This document shows positions 39,568 to 51,999 of a DNA stretch of 64,000 bases, piece after piece. The notes under the pieces are model-generated. The model saw only the letters and a program-made list of their open reading frames with translations. It was not told where the DNA came from and did no database searches. Numbering within the stretch: the stretch's first letter is position 1; each line of letters begins with the position of its first letter. The stretch is from Epiperipatus broadwayi (Eukaryota > Animalia > Onychophora): the NCBI GenBank assembly GCA_028023455.1, contig JAQFVV010000005.1:11656001-11720000 (forward strand), given 5' to 3'. Made by a program: the position numbers and the translations under genes.

Positions 39568-42500
39568 ATTTTTGGTTAGTTTGAAGATGTGAATTGGGGA
39601 TGCACCACACATGCTGGTACTATCCTATCATTGTAAAAGTAATTGACTAGCTTAAAGGTCAGCAAACTTTTTAACATGAAGAACTATTTTGTTTAAGGCT
39701 CTCCCTTTCCCCTTTAAAGAGCTGCAAGTAAAGAGATTCACCTCCCCATTAAAGTGCTGCAAAGAAAGAGGTAAAAAAAATTGATCATATGAATTTCTAA
39801 ATGGCTATGGATATATATGAACATTTATTTTATTAAAAGAACATAATAGAATCCTTATATATCCTAAGAAAAATAAAAATTCTCTTAAAAATAAATAAAA
39901 ACAAAAAATTACTTGGAATTCAAGAAACAAAATTATAATGTGCATTTTTCCTCTCCTAGAGTCAAAATATTTATTTACAAATTACAAAAGAAAATTAAAA
40001 AAATGTCTATGTTTATCATGATAAAAAGAGACATGAATAGCTGAATTAAACTGATCTGAGTTAAGAATTGACAGACCTACGAACTACTCTCCCACATACT
40101 AAAAATCCTCTATTTATACCTTTCCTATTTTGATGGGACATTTTAATTAGTCACACCTTTATTTCTGACCTCTATCTTGAATTATGTACATTACAACCAG
40201 GAACTAAATAAAAATTACATCATATTAATCTATTTCTAGCTATCATGTGATACTTTAAAAATTTCCATTAGATTTTTTTAAACTTATTTAATGATATAAA
40301 AAAAATAAAACAAAATAAATAATACAATGATTATTTTTAAATTATTATCTTTATAAATTATCACTTTCATTTATAAGAAGCTCTTAAACCTATTTATTTT
40401 AAACACTTTTAATACTAAATAATCATAAAGATTCTTAAATAAATAAATAAACATAAATTATCTTCACTTATAATAAATATTTTAATAAACCAACATGCAT
40501 GTATATAAACTCATATACACATATACTGGAACTTACTTTATATCTTTTTACATTTAATGTTTAATAGTTAACTTGTGCATTTGTAACTAACTTCAATATT
40601 TTTTAACTAAACTAGCTTTATTTAAATATTTTGAGCTGTAATAAAGCGATAACTCAAACAAATTATTAATCAATCTTAATAAATAATTCAACAATATTAT
40701 ATTATTACTAAATCCAATAACTAGTTTATAGTTTTCTAAACATAAAAATTAGCTTTAATAAGTCTTACACTATATCTAAACATTATTTAGCTTTAATTTT
40801 TTTTTAAACTAAGCATGAGCTAAGCTTTAATTCTCATCTTATAAGCATATTTACTTATCAAATATTAAAGCTACCTATTGTAATAATCTTTGGCACTAAA
40901 ATTTTATACTAAGTACTCATACTAAGCAAACTTGGATATTATAATTCACATATATTTTTATATCACAATAAATTAAATTTTATCATGTTTCATTCTCTTA
41001 TTATTTTTTTAAAAATAGTATAAATACTTAAATAAGGCATTTAAATAGTACCAAGTGCAATAGTGCAGGGTCACAATATATATATAAAGGAAGTTCATTT
41101 TTCTTTTGAAACATACATATAAACACAACCAAATAATTTCATTTTATATATTACTAATTTCAATAGTAAACACCATTTAAAATTATAAACTTAAAAATAA
41201 ACATTTCAGAATAAATAAATTGATATACACTTTTTATTGTACGTTATACATTTTTATTATTATCAAGTTGACAATTTTGCTGCCTAGCAATCTTTCTCAG
41301 AATTACAAAATACAATTTTTATTACATCATTTTTATATACAAAAATATACAATTTTTAATATATACAGTATATAAAGTTTTGTATTTTATAATTTATCAT
41401 TAAATTTATTGAAATTTAAAAAAACAAAAGTGCACATATAAATCTTAAATCATAATGACAAAGATTTAATTCATAATATGCACAAACTAATCCATGATAA
41501 AATATAAAATAATATTCTAGTTTTAACATAATTTAAATAATGAGTTACTTTATTGTAAACCATCTTGGGTTCACTAAATCTTTTATTATAAATAAATATC
41601 TTCAAAAGTTATTAAAATCCTGTAAGTGTAATAAACCACTTTTATTTAGATTTCAGAGTCCCAGATATTTAATACATTAAAAAAAATTGATTCTTAAAAT
41701 GACAATCACATATTGATGTAGATCCTTTCCTTGCATGTCTTGGTCAAAAGAAACAGGTTTTACTAATAATAGTTATATAAGAATATTCTCATTATGTTTA
41801 TAATTAATGAAATTGAGATTCATAAATTACTATATATTAAACTTATTTTAAAATAATTTTGCTTCCAAATAAACATTTAAAAGCACAAATAATTAGTTTA
41901 ACACCATATAAATATTATTGTTAATTTTAACTTTTGCTTTCTATAGAAACTTTCAATAATATTCTCATGCAGTAATATTTAATGAAAAAATAAAATCAAC
42001 TCCCTTGGACATATATTTATGTCATGGCTGGCATCATCAAACCAATGATATCAGATATTTCCATGATCTTCCAAGCAGCAAAGTTTGATGACTAAATCAA
42101 CCAATCTTTGCTAGAAATGTTTCTATTATAACTACTATCACCAGGTTGATGATATACATCTGCTATGATAGAACATACATATTGTAGGTCCAGCAGAGAG
42201 TGATTTTTTTCCATCAAATATTGAAGGATTGTAGAAAATTTTTATACAAAGCCTAATTTAAAACTAATATTAGTAATAATATATATATATATTTTCTGAT
42301 ATTTAATTATTTATATATTTAACTGTTTATGTGATAGTGAAGTCATTTGAAAATGAATTGATTAAAAGATCTGTCTTGTCTATTAACATTAAGATTACTA
42401 CTCTCTCTCTCTCTCTCTATATATATATAAGTCAATTACTTGGGAATTTATGTAATATTTGAATACCCTAGTGGCAAAATTTGCATGTTAGTAATTTTAT

Positions 42501-42849
42501 TAATTTAGTCTGAAACTTTTTTTTAATTACATTATTCAATTAAGAATTAATTCTGGAATATTTCACCCCAAGATTATCCTATAGTTGCTAAGCTAAACCA
42601 CAACGATTTCTTTAAAGACAAACTGAGAAAAAAATATTATAAAAATTATTAAATCTTTGTAGATTATTGGTTCTTAAAAATGCTTTTAATTGCTATTATA
42701 TATATATTATATAAGTAACAAACTGTCATTATATACGATGGTTAGGAACTGCAGTTCAAATCTAGATAAAACTTGAACATTTTTTAAGCAGCAAAAAAAT
42801 TTTAAAAACACCTTAGAATAATTTTAGGTACCAATCTAAAGGACAACTA

Positions 42850-43410
42850 TTTCATAAAGATTACAATATATATATTCTAATATTCTCATAGATACATCAT
42901 GAATACATAGTATTATTTCCGGGAGCTTCTGGGTAATAAAAATATAATAGCTAAATAGCTGATGTTTTAGTACAATAACAAGTACTTTCCTCAGAGCTTC
43001 TTCTCAAATCATAAAAATGTTTGTGATGAGATTTAAAATCATTACTTTTTTCCTGTGTTATTTTCCATCATTCTCAAATTCTATTGGTTGAGAATTTTTA
43101 AAATATACTTTATCCTCCAATTGCTTTTTCCAAATATTATTTTTTTTTAATTCACACTTTTCATTTATGCTCTTAGGTCTTTTAAAAATCTCTATAGCTT
43201 CCTTTAGCAATCTCTGGTCATATTGTCCAACTTTTGCAAGAATATGTGTTTATTAAAATTGATATCATGGTTAGTTAATTTGATGTATGAACAAACAGCT
43301 GACGAATTAGATTTTTCTCTAACTGCCAAAATGTAGTTCTTCCTTTCTTACGTTTATTCTATAATTGGTCCATCTAATGTATGAATGTAAACAAACTCCA
43401 CATGGAATTT
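42850..43410 (-). mobile_element. Penelope-like element 3' end: GIY-YIG endonuclease remnant plus pseudo-LTR
   Basis: EIPCGVCLHSYIRWTNYRINVRKEELH, SNSSAVCSYIKLTNHDINFN, HILAKVGQYDQRLLKEAIEIFKRPKSINEKCELKKNNIWKK (two frameshifts); typical PLE GIY-YIG C-terminus. Confidence 0.85.
42957..42998 (-). ncRNA. Decayed hammerhead, family D, in the pseudo-LTR of the PLE above
   Basis: Minus: agcu CUGAGGA a aguac uuguuauu guacu AAAA ca UC agcu; G12>A and shortened helix III. Confidence 0.55.
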
Positions 43411-43489
43411 CAAATATATATATATATATATATAATATTTAAATACAAGTATAATATATACACTTAAGCTTTAGATGTAATTAGAGAGT

Positions 43490-43670
43490 ATCCACTCCAT
43501 CTCATATAATGAATACATCCACATTAATGTGGAAAAAATAAATGATCTCCAAAATACATATTTCATGCTGAACCACTCATCAGTTGGTCTGGATCATCAT
43601 TTCCCACATATATATATATATCATCAGTTCTCGGTTTATATGCACCACGTTTGTATGAGATGGATTGAAT
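43490..43670 (-). mobile_element. Family A pseudo-LTR fragment with decayed hammerhead at 43549-43587
   Basis: Minus: ccaa CUGAUGA gugguucagcau GAAA u augu a UU uugg; flanking short inverted arms ccatctcatat / tgtatgagatgg. Confidence 0.6.
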
Positions 43671-44043
43671 GACTAAAGGGAGCTTGAAAATCTGAGTTCA
43701 AATATCCACTAATTATATATATATATAATATAATTGTTTTTATTTCATGGGCATATTTTACATTACAGTATACTATAACTGCAAAATGTAGAAATATAAT
43801 ACATATAAGATTGCATTCAAAAATGTTTCATTCTCAAATATTAGACTGATAAAGACTGCCAAGTAGTAATTTATTTAAAAGAAAAGCAAGATCATGATAA
43901 AGAAATATTATGAAAATTATTGTCATTTGCAGTATTTATATAAATAGATGTATAGGTATTAACAGGTTTTTCTTACTTTTTACCCTCTACCTCAAATTAG
44001 TTCCAGTACAGAAAAAATTTCCAAATTCAACACATTTTAAATC

Positions 44044-44185
44044 AGGCAAAACTCACTATACGTATTGTCACACACAGCAAGCTAGAGTAATCAATGGATG
44101 CCAGAAGGCTTGTGCATAAAATGCCCATCTAGTGCCTACTCATCCAATATCCCCAGACCAGTGGTGATCATGTGATGTTTATTGG
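44044..44185 (+). mobile_element. Family C insertion (long inverted arm plus short tail)
   Basis: ggcaaaactc...ggatgccagaaggcttgtgcataaaat...ccccagaccagt then ggtgatcatgtgatg; TSD cacattttaaatca. Confidence 0.8.
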
Positions 44186-44995
44186 CACATTTTAAATCAA
44201 GATTATGATATGGCAAACAAATACTCCTAAGAATATATAATAATGGATGAAAATTTTAATTATTATCTTATAAATGTAAGACTAATCGAAACTCAATTGT
44301 TTTGTTTTGCATTAGAAATCATGATGTTTATTTATTACTCAGATATAAATAAAAACAATAATAATGATGATCAACTACCAAAATGGCAGATTGAATTGTA
44401 ATCATTTACTGCATTAATCTATGCAAGATTATTTTCTAAAATATTATAATTTATATGCTTTAACAATAAACATTGTTTTAAAAAAAGAAAAATGGTTGTG
44501 GTTATATGTCTGTCATATACAAATATGTATACAATTATACAAAATTCTAATAATAGCTAATAATTTCTTAATCTGCATAATTCCAATCACCACCATGAAT
44601 GGTCATTTTTACCATGGATATATACTTATATGAATAGCCTATTCAAAAGGAAATAAAGAATTTTACAGATTTATGCACATACATATGACAATAAATTTTA
44701 AAAAGTTATTAAGAGAACTAATTATTACTACAATTATTTTACACTTCCATAAGAAAAGTTTAAATGACTATTGAAAAAAAATTTCCATTAACACAAAAAA
44801 AGAATAAAATTTACATCAAATCATCTAATATTCTAATTTAGTTTAACAATTTATTCTGAGAGTTGGTCATATAATTTCATTTTATAATAATACATTCATG
44901 TCTGAAAACTTCAGAGTTTCTACTTAAATATTACATATGAAATAAGTGCTGGGTTTTGAGTTGATATTTTAGATCTAGTGTCTGAAAATTCTAGC

Positions 44996-45041
44996 TCCTC
45001 ACTGAGATGAGCCATAAGCTCGAAACCAATTGGTCTGGGGA
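44996..45041 (+). ncRNA. Type-I hammerhead candidate, family C-related; GUC cleavage predicted after 45035
   Basis: uccuca CUGAGA u GAGC cauaa GCUC GAAA CCAAUUGG UC ugggga; 6-bp stem I, 4-bp stem II, palindromic helix III. Confidence 0.7.
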
Positions 45042-46360
45042 TAAGAGGTTTTTGGATAGAGATTTTTAAATATTTTCTCTTATCGCACCTATCAATTAAG
45101 AGCTTGTTTGAGCTATTGGTATGCTCTCTGTATTACATTTTTGTAAATATAAGTTTATAAAAGTAATGTCACATTATACATAACTTGTTTTATTGATAAT
45201 AATAATACATTTGACAATTTGTTTAGCAAACATCCATTTCTCTCTAAAACATATATTTATCTATTGATATAAATATTAGAACTGTATCCATTTATTATCA
45301 TAATACACACATTTCATAAGATATTAAATTCTTCTGTGGTTATTTTCAATCTTTAGAAATAAATTTTATGTAAAATATTTTCTTTTAAAAAAGATTGTGT
45401 TCAAAAATATGAATAAAACTCATTAACTCAAATAGAGACATATGACTTTATTTTGCAATACTTTTTTCCACTATTAATAAATTTTTATGATAGATATGTA
45501 ATAATAAAAAGTCAACAAAAAACCATTAGTTTTCTTATCAAATTTTAAAACTAGCTTTAAATTTTTATATCCTAAATAAAAAAAAATCACACTAATTTAA
45601 AAAAATGACTGGAAATTGTGAAAAAACTGATAAGAAAAAGGCAAAATTCATCTGGCAGTCAAAGTCTTTAAAAACTTTAATTATAAAAACACTCTTCAAT
45701 TTGATAAAAAGATGACAATTAGCTAAGATTATAATAACACAGTGTTGTACAATAAACATTTTAATGAAATCCTATAGATTTAGATGTATTGAACTTCTGA
45801 ATATTTTGTTATTGATTAACAAACCAAAAGACATATACTATTAAGCATGGTTCCTTAACTTTCTAAAGAAATCAAGACTATCAATGTGGCGTTAGTATTT
45901 TTATCCTTAATTTTGAGGTCAAATCTAACAGTGTTCCAGATCCCGTCTATGTTGAATTCCCTTTTTGGAGAACATCTATCCATATCAATTTCTTTTAGAC
46001 TGCTTTTTAGAGACATATATATGTTTGTGATTATAAGCACTTCATCAAATTATTTTCATAAAAAAGTAACAGAAGTTTATTTCTAAAAGCATATAATTGC
46101 TTAATTGTATAGAGAATGTTCAGTTCTTCCAAGCAATAATGAAGAAAAAATAATCAAAATGTATTATTTCTTAACTTTAAAAATTAGTTTCACAGATACA
46201 GATGGTCTAAACATATTTCACATCTGAGTCTTATACAAATTAACAATTAGTTTAAAATCATCCAGAAAAATTCCAGTCATTTATTTTAAGTTTCTCTTTT
46301 TAAATTAAGGAAAAAATAAAATTATTAATTATAATTTTTAGGTAATCAACTTTATAAGAA

Positions 46361-47617
46361 TTAGTCAACTTTAAACAGTACAATAATCTCAATAGTAACA
46401 TAATGAGTGAAATGACTAATTTCATGGCTTTCCAAAACACACTTATCTTTATCTTTATGATCACACAAACGACATCTGAACATTTCAGTATGATAATGAT
46501 CTGGTATAAAAGTACATTTCTTATAATTTAGCAAAGTATGTTCAGAAGTCACTTTGTCATTATATAGGCCAAGATAGAAAAGTTTTTCTTTTATATGTAT
46601 TCTTTCATGCATTTTTAATCTATTTTTTTTAGCAGTGTTATAATCACAAAAGCTGCAGTGGAATAATCTGTCACCAGTATGTACTGTTTCATGTACTTTT
46701 AAACTGCTTCTAACAGCTGTTTTATAATTACAAAACTTACAATTGAAAGGTTTTTCTCCTGTATGTTTTCTTTCATGCAATCTTAAACTATACTTTAAAG
46801 CAGCTTTATAATCACACAAGCTACAATGGAAAGACTTTTCTCCAGTATGTCTCCGTTCATGTATTTTTAAGTTACTCTTTTGGGCAGTTTTAAAACTGCA
46901 CATCATGCATCGAAAAGGTTTAAATCCAGTATGTGTTCGTTCATGAGTATTTAAAGTACTTTTTACAGCAGTTTTGTAATCACACAAGCTGCAGTGGAAT
47001 GGTTTACTTTTTGTATGTATTGTTTCATGTATTTTTAAGCTTCTTTTATGAGCTGTTTTAAAATCACATAATTTGCAATGAAATGGTCTTTCTTCTGTAC
47101 ATATACTTTTATGTATTTCTAAATTATTTTTCTCAGCTATGTTGTAATTATAGAAGTTGAAGTAAAAAGGTTTTTCTCCTCTATGAATTCTTAAATGTGT
47201 TTTCAAATTAGACTTTACAGTGGCTTTATAATCACATAAACTGCAATGAAAAGGCTTTTCTCCCGTGTGAGTTCTTTCGTGTATTTGGATATTTTTTTTC
47301 TCAGCAGTTCTATAATCACAAATACTGCACTGGAATGGTTTTTCACCTGTATGTATTCTTTCATGTCTTTTTAAATTATATTTTAAAGGAGCCTTATAAT
47401 CACATATGGTACAATGGAAAGGGGTTTCTCGTGTATGTATTTTTTCATGCCTTTTCAAGTTAAATTCTACTGCAGTCTTATAATCACATAAAGAACACTG
47501 GAAAGGTCTTTCACCTGTATGTGTTCGTTCATGTACTTTTAAGCTGTGTTTAAAGGCAGACTTATAATTACACATGCTGCAATTAAAAAACTTTTCTTCT
47601 AATGTTCTCTCATGCAT
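46361..47617 (-). CDS. Tandem C2H2 zinc-finger protein (12 intact and 2 degenerate fingers), paralog of 7694-8743
   Basis: 418-aa ORF with HTGEKPF.C..CDYK repeats; shared terminal finger and hydrophobic tail. Confidence 0.92.
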   Translation of the reverse strand: MHERTLEEKFFNCSMCNYKSAFKHSLKVHERTHTGERPFQCSLCDYKTAVEFNLKRHEKIHTRETPFHCTICDYKAPLKYNLKRHERIHTGEKPFQCSICDYRTAEKKNIQIHERTHTGEKPFHCSLCDYKATVKSNLKTHLRIHRGEKPFYFNFYNYNIAEKNNLEIHKSICTEERPFHCKLCDFKTAHKRSLKIHETIHTKSKPFHCSLCDYKTAVKSTLNTHERTHTGFKPFRCMMCSFKTAQKSNLKIHERRHTGEKSFHCSLCDYKAALKYSLRLHERKHTGEKPFNCKFCNYKTAVRSSLKVHETVHTGDRLFHCSFCDYNTAKKNRLKMHERIHIKEKLFYLGLYNDKVTSEHTLLNYKKCTFIPDHYHTEMFRCRLCDHKDKDKCVLESHEISHFTHYVTIEIIVLFKVD

Positions 47618-47723
47618 TTTAAAAATATTTTTACATCAGACTTATTATTAACTTAGATACTTTCCCCCTCTATTATATGTATTTTCATATAGTTGTAAAT
47701 TTTCTTATTAGGAGTTTTACAAG
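47618..47723 (-). pseudogene. Decayed finger upstream of ZNF gene 2, following a strong splice acceptor
   Basis: Long poly-T then cacttgcag| at 47724; MKIHIIEGESI*VNNKSDVKIFLK is frameshifted by one base from the MHERT start. Confidence 0.55.
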
Positions 47724-50700
47724 CTGCAAGTGAAAAAAAAAAAAAAATCATTTATAAGGGAATTGTAATAATGCAAATTGGTTTTTCTTTTAAGTCATTT
47801 TTCATAATTTTCATTTATTTGATTTTGCAACTTTTAAAATAAAGAATACTTGAATAATATTTGTTTTGTATAAAGAAATTAACTATTTTAAAAGATCTTT
47901 AAAATATTTTACTACAACTAGCTTTCATAAAAGCTTCATTGAAAATACATATCTTTAGCTTTTCCAATAAAGTAAGAAGTTTGCAAATGATTAAAGAAAG
48001 AATCCTGGAAAATAGAAAATGAGATTGGGGGCTTTAGAGACAGATATAAATTTGGAAAATAATGGAAATTAGTTTGAAGTTCAGAAATGAAACTGCTGAA
48101 AATCATATAAATTTAATTCAATGAAAAAATATGAAGCTAAAGACAAATGGGTATATTTGATGATAGAGAAATTATGAAAAAAATGTTGACAAGTGAATAT
48201 ATAAAGAGTAAAAAAAGTAATGGTAGAATAAAAGTTCATAGATAACATTAAAAAACAATTATTAATATTTCAGATACAGAGCAAAGATTAAAAGCTTAGA
48301 AATAATTAAACTTGATGTTTGGGACTGTTTTGCATACTAATAATAATTTTTAACAATAGCTTTTGAATCACGTAAGCAGTATTGCAAAATTGTTCTCTGT
48401 ATAAAATATTTTTACATCTCTATTTCATTAAGAAGGGTCAAGCAAGGAATAGTTCACTGCAGACTGTTTGTTTTTTGCATAAATATTTGTAATTCCATTA
48501 CATCATTTCTCCACAAATAACATAATTTTTTTTCACTTACTATATCATGAGAAATGATAATATTAAACTAAATATTCTATAATAAATTAATGATAATGAA
48601 TTTTATATCATAATTTTAATAATAATTAACATTTAAAATCAATTTAGTACAGATAAATTAACTAGTATTAAAAAAGCAATATTAATATTACTACTGTATG
48701 GTTAAAAACTGTTTTCTAGGTAACTCTTCCAGATTATTATTAACATGTATGAGAAGATTTACGGGAAAAACATAACATAAAAATAAATCTACAATCTTAC
48801 TAACTTGCAATATTCAATACAAATAAAATTAACTGGTAATTTTTAAAACTTTCAAGCTTCATTAAATAGGGATTCTCAATAATCAATTTTAAATGAAGTG
48901 TATTAATTCAACATTTGTTATAGACTGACAATAATAATTCCTAAGATTCTAGTTTCAATCTCAGAATAATCATCTTAAATTTTTTCTAGAAATAGGTATG
49001 ACAGTACTAAATGTGGATGTGGTATCATTACCTTCTGATGTCCATAGAGTATTCAAGTTTACAAAAAATGACATTAGTTTTAATATATGTTATTCATAGC
49101 ATGTTAAATGTAAGCAAAAATGGTTTTATGTGATTGTTAGTATATGGAAAGGTATCTCATATGTGAATTATTTGATATCTAACTTTTTCTTGAAACTGTT
49201 TACATTAAAATTATGGAATATTTCTGTTGAAATTATAAACTAGAAATAAAATTAATTTGCCCATTAATATTTCAAAATTAAATCATTTTTAGTTTTGTCT
49301 TTTGCTTATTTATAATTTCCGTAACATAGAATTAAAAAAAAGTGACAATGATTTAGTCTAGTTAAAATTTTGTAAATAAATATGTAACTCTAAGAAAATA
49401 AAAAAAGATAAATTACATTTTTTTAGAAAAAAATAATAATCATGAACACTTATGAGGTATATATGTGTTAAATTATCTGACAGCGATAATTTATCGTTAC
49501 CTTTCACTTAGCTAGTATATGATTCAATTCATACAAGCTGTATATGCATTTAGGTTTAAAATCAGATTATATTGCCAATGAAAATTTTCAAGTTTAATAA
49601 ATTCTTTCTTGAAAAAAGAATAATATGATTTTAGCATTAACAGGAGTAATGTTTCTTCATATAATATGGGATCACTTTACCATAATGAATTATTGCTTCC
49701 AAAGTTTAGAAAATCATCACTGGAAGTGAATCACTATGAATAATAACAATGATTTTCAGAAGACAAAATAAATAGATCATTTATCAAATGTATTCCTTTC
49801 ACATAATGAAGAGTGATGTTCCAGTAACTAATTTATGTCATCAATGCTTATATATGGCTAAAATCAACTTCCATATAATATGGCTTTATTATGAATCAGC
49901 TTCTGTTCTGAAACAATCACAGTAATCATATATAATTTTAAATAATTTTAGAACCAGAATCGTTTCTGATATAAATACCACAAATCTAAAAATAAATAAA
50001 TAAATAAATATGAGTATTTAGATATTTTATATAAGAAAAAAAAAAATATAAAATATATATATATAAGTATTAAAATAAAAAACATTTTTTTAAAATAATG
50101 TTTTTAAACTTTTCTCATTCACACAATTGTTTTCTATTTTTATAAGACCATTTCCCTATCAGTGAGATAAAAAACTTTCTATAATTCTTCTTTAAAAAAC
50201 AATTAATATATTATATACAAGCAGGATTTTTTAAAATATTTTAAATTATAGCAGACAATTTAAGAAGTTCAACATAATATTTGCCATTTAATCTAAATTT
50301 ATAAAAGAACAAAAACAAAAAACAAGAGCATTTTTATTTATGCATGTAAGAATACAGAAAAGATGTCTATACAAGGGCTGTGATAATAGGAAATTCTTCA
50401 ACAGTATCAATCATGCAAAATTATAATATATCTTTAGAAAAATAAATACAGAACAAAATGAAATTTTGAATATAAAGAATAGAAGATACAATGAAGACAA
50501 AATTAGTTGTATCTACTGATTACATTATTAGAAGGTAATAGATAACAGTACATCTTAAGATTTTAATTAAAATGTACATAGAACATGAGAATAAGTCAGA
50601 TTGGATGGTTTTTTGTATTCAATGTACAAGCATCAAACAACTTTGATATAAACATGGAAATAATTACACATTATTTCTGAAAAATCAAAAAAAATAAATG

Positions 50701-50987
50701 AATAAGATGATGTTTAGGAGAATACTAATAAAAAAAATAGAAATATTACAATACGAGATCTATAACTTAAGAATTCGTGGATAGGCTGACAGGCATTTAA
50801 CTATAAAAACAGAAAATCTCTATTGTCTATTCTTGAATATTTTCTGAGTTTAAGTATTATTAAAAAATTGGGGGGGGGGGGGGATAGATATGAAGATTGT
50901 GAACTGTATGAATTGAAATGAATATTATATACAGAAAACAAGTGAAACTCTTGATATATTTAGAAATATCCTTTGATAGGGAGTTTT

Positions 50988-51084
50988 AAAACAGGCAAAA
51001 CTCTCCATACAGTAGTGCCACTCATTGCAAGCCAGAGTAATCAATAACAATTATGAGCAAACATAAGAAATGGTGATCATGTGA
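50988..51084 (+). mobile_element. Family C insertion (inverted arm plus tail)
   Basis: Exact 14-bp TSD tgatagggagtttt at 50974-50987 and 51085-51098. Confidence 0.85.
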
Positions 51085-51999
51085 TGATAGGGAGTTTTGA
51101 AAATCATAATTTAAACAATACACATGATGACTATCGGTAATATATAATAACTAGTAATGTTCATGGTGCAAAAACTGATGTTCCAGCATATTTGAAATCA
51201 GTCTCACAATAATAACAATATCGTGGAATACTCTGCAGAGAGAGAATAATGTTTCAAAGAAGTGCTACAAGGTTATGAGGTTATAGTAAATAGTAACTAA
51301 TTACATAAACATAATTGAATTAAATGTCTAAAAGCAGTCTCTGCTGGGACATTTAAATAACAGAGATTATTTTGTCAATATGCATGCAGCACATTTAACT
51401 GCAAAAAAATCTCTTTACTATTTTAGAAACTATACATAAAATAGCTTTCAGATTTCACCTTCATGCTTCCCATTGGATTTCTTGTTTAGAGTCAAAAGCT
51501 TGCTATTAAACTTTTAATGTTTGAAACTAGAATATATATTTACAGCAAAATCAATGAAAATGTACTATTTTTTATAATGTTGCAAGATTTTTATCTTAAG
51601 AGTAATAAACTCTCTGTAATCATTACAAAGAACTCTCTTAACAAATTCTATCTATTCTTAATAGTGAACTTTACCAATGACATTTGCTCACAGGTGTCTA
51701 TTTAACAGTATTATCACCATCATTATTATATCAAATGGTGCTAATATCTGCTACTAATGGAAAGATTATTAGAAGGATACACCCATTATAGAGTTCATTT
51801 TATTCCAAATTTCTAAAATAATAATCTACACCAAAAAATAAATCATTAATTTTTGCTCACAATCAAAAGGATGAGCAGAATGCTCAGTGATTAGTAGCAA
51901 AGTATTTTAAGAAAGAAATTATTTCATAGGAGATGAGAACTGAATAGCAGAAATTCGATGAAATGGGAACAAAAAGTTAATAATGGCAAAACTCAAATA

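Noticed and set aside
41700-42250. HIDVDPFLACL (Y-family polymerase-like) and WFDDASH (hydrolase-like) peptides
   Set aside because: Short, on opposite strands, and surrounded by stops.
50869-50883. Poly-G tracts here and at ~17635-17645
   Set aside because: Isolated homopolymers with no supporting context; G-quadruplex function cannot be argued.
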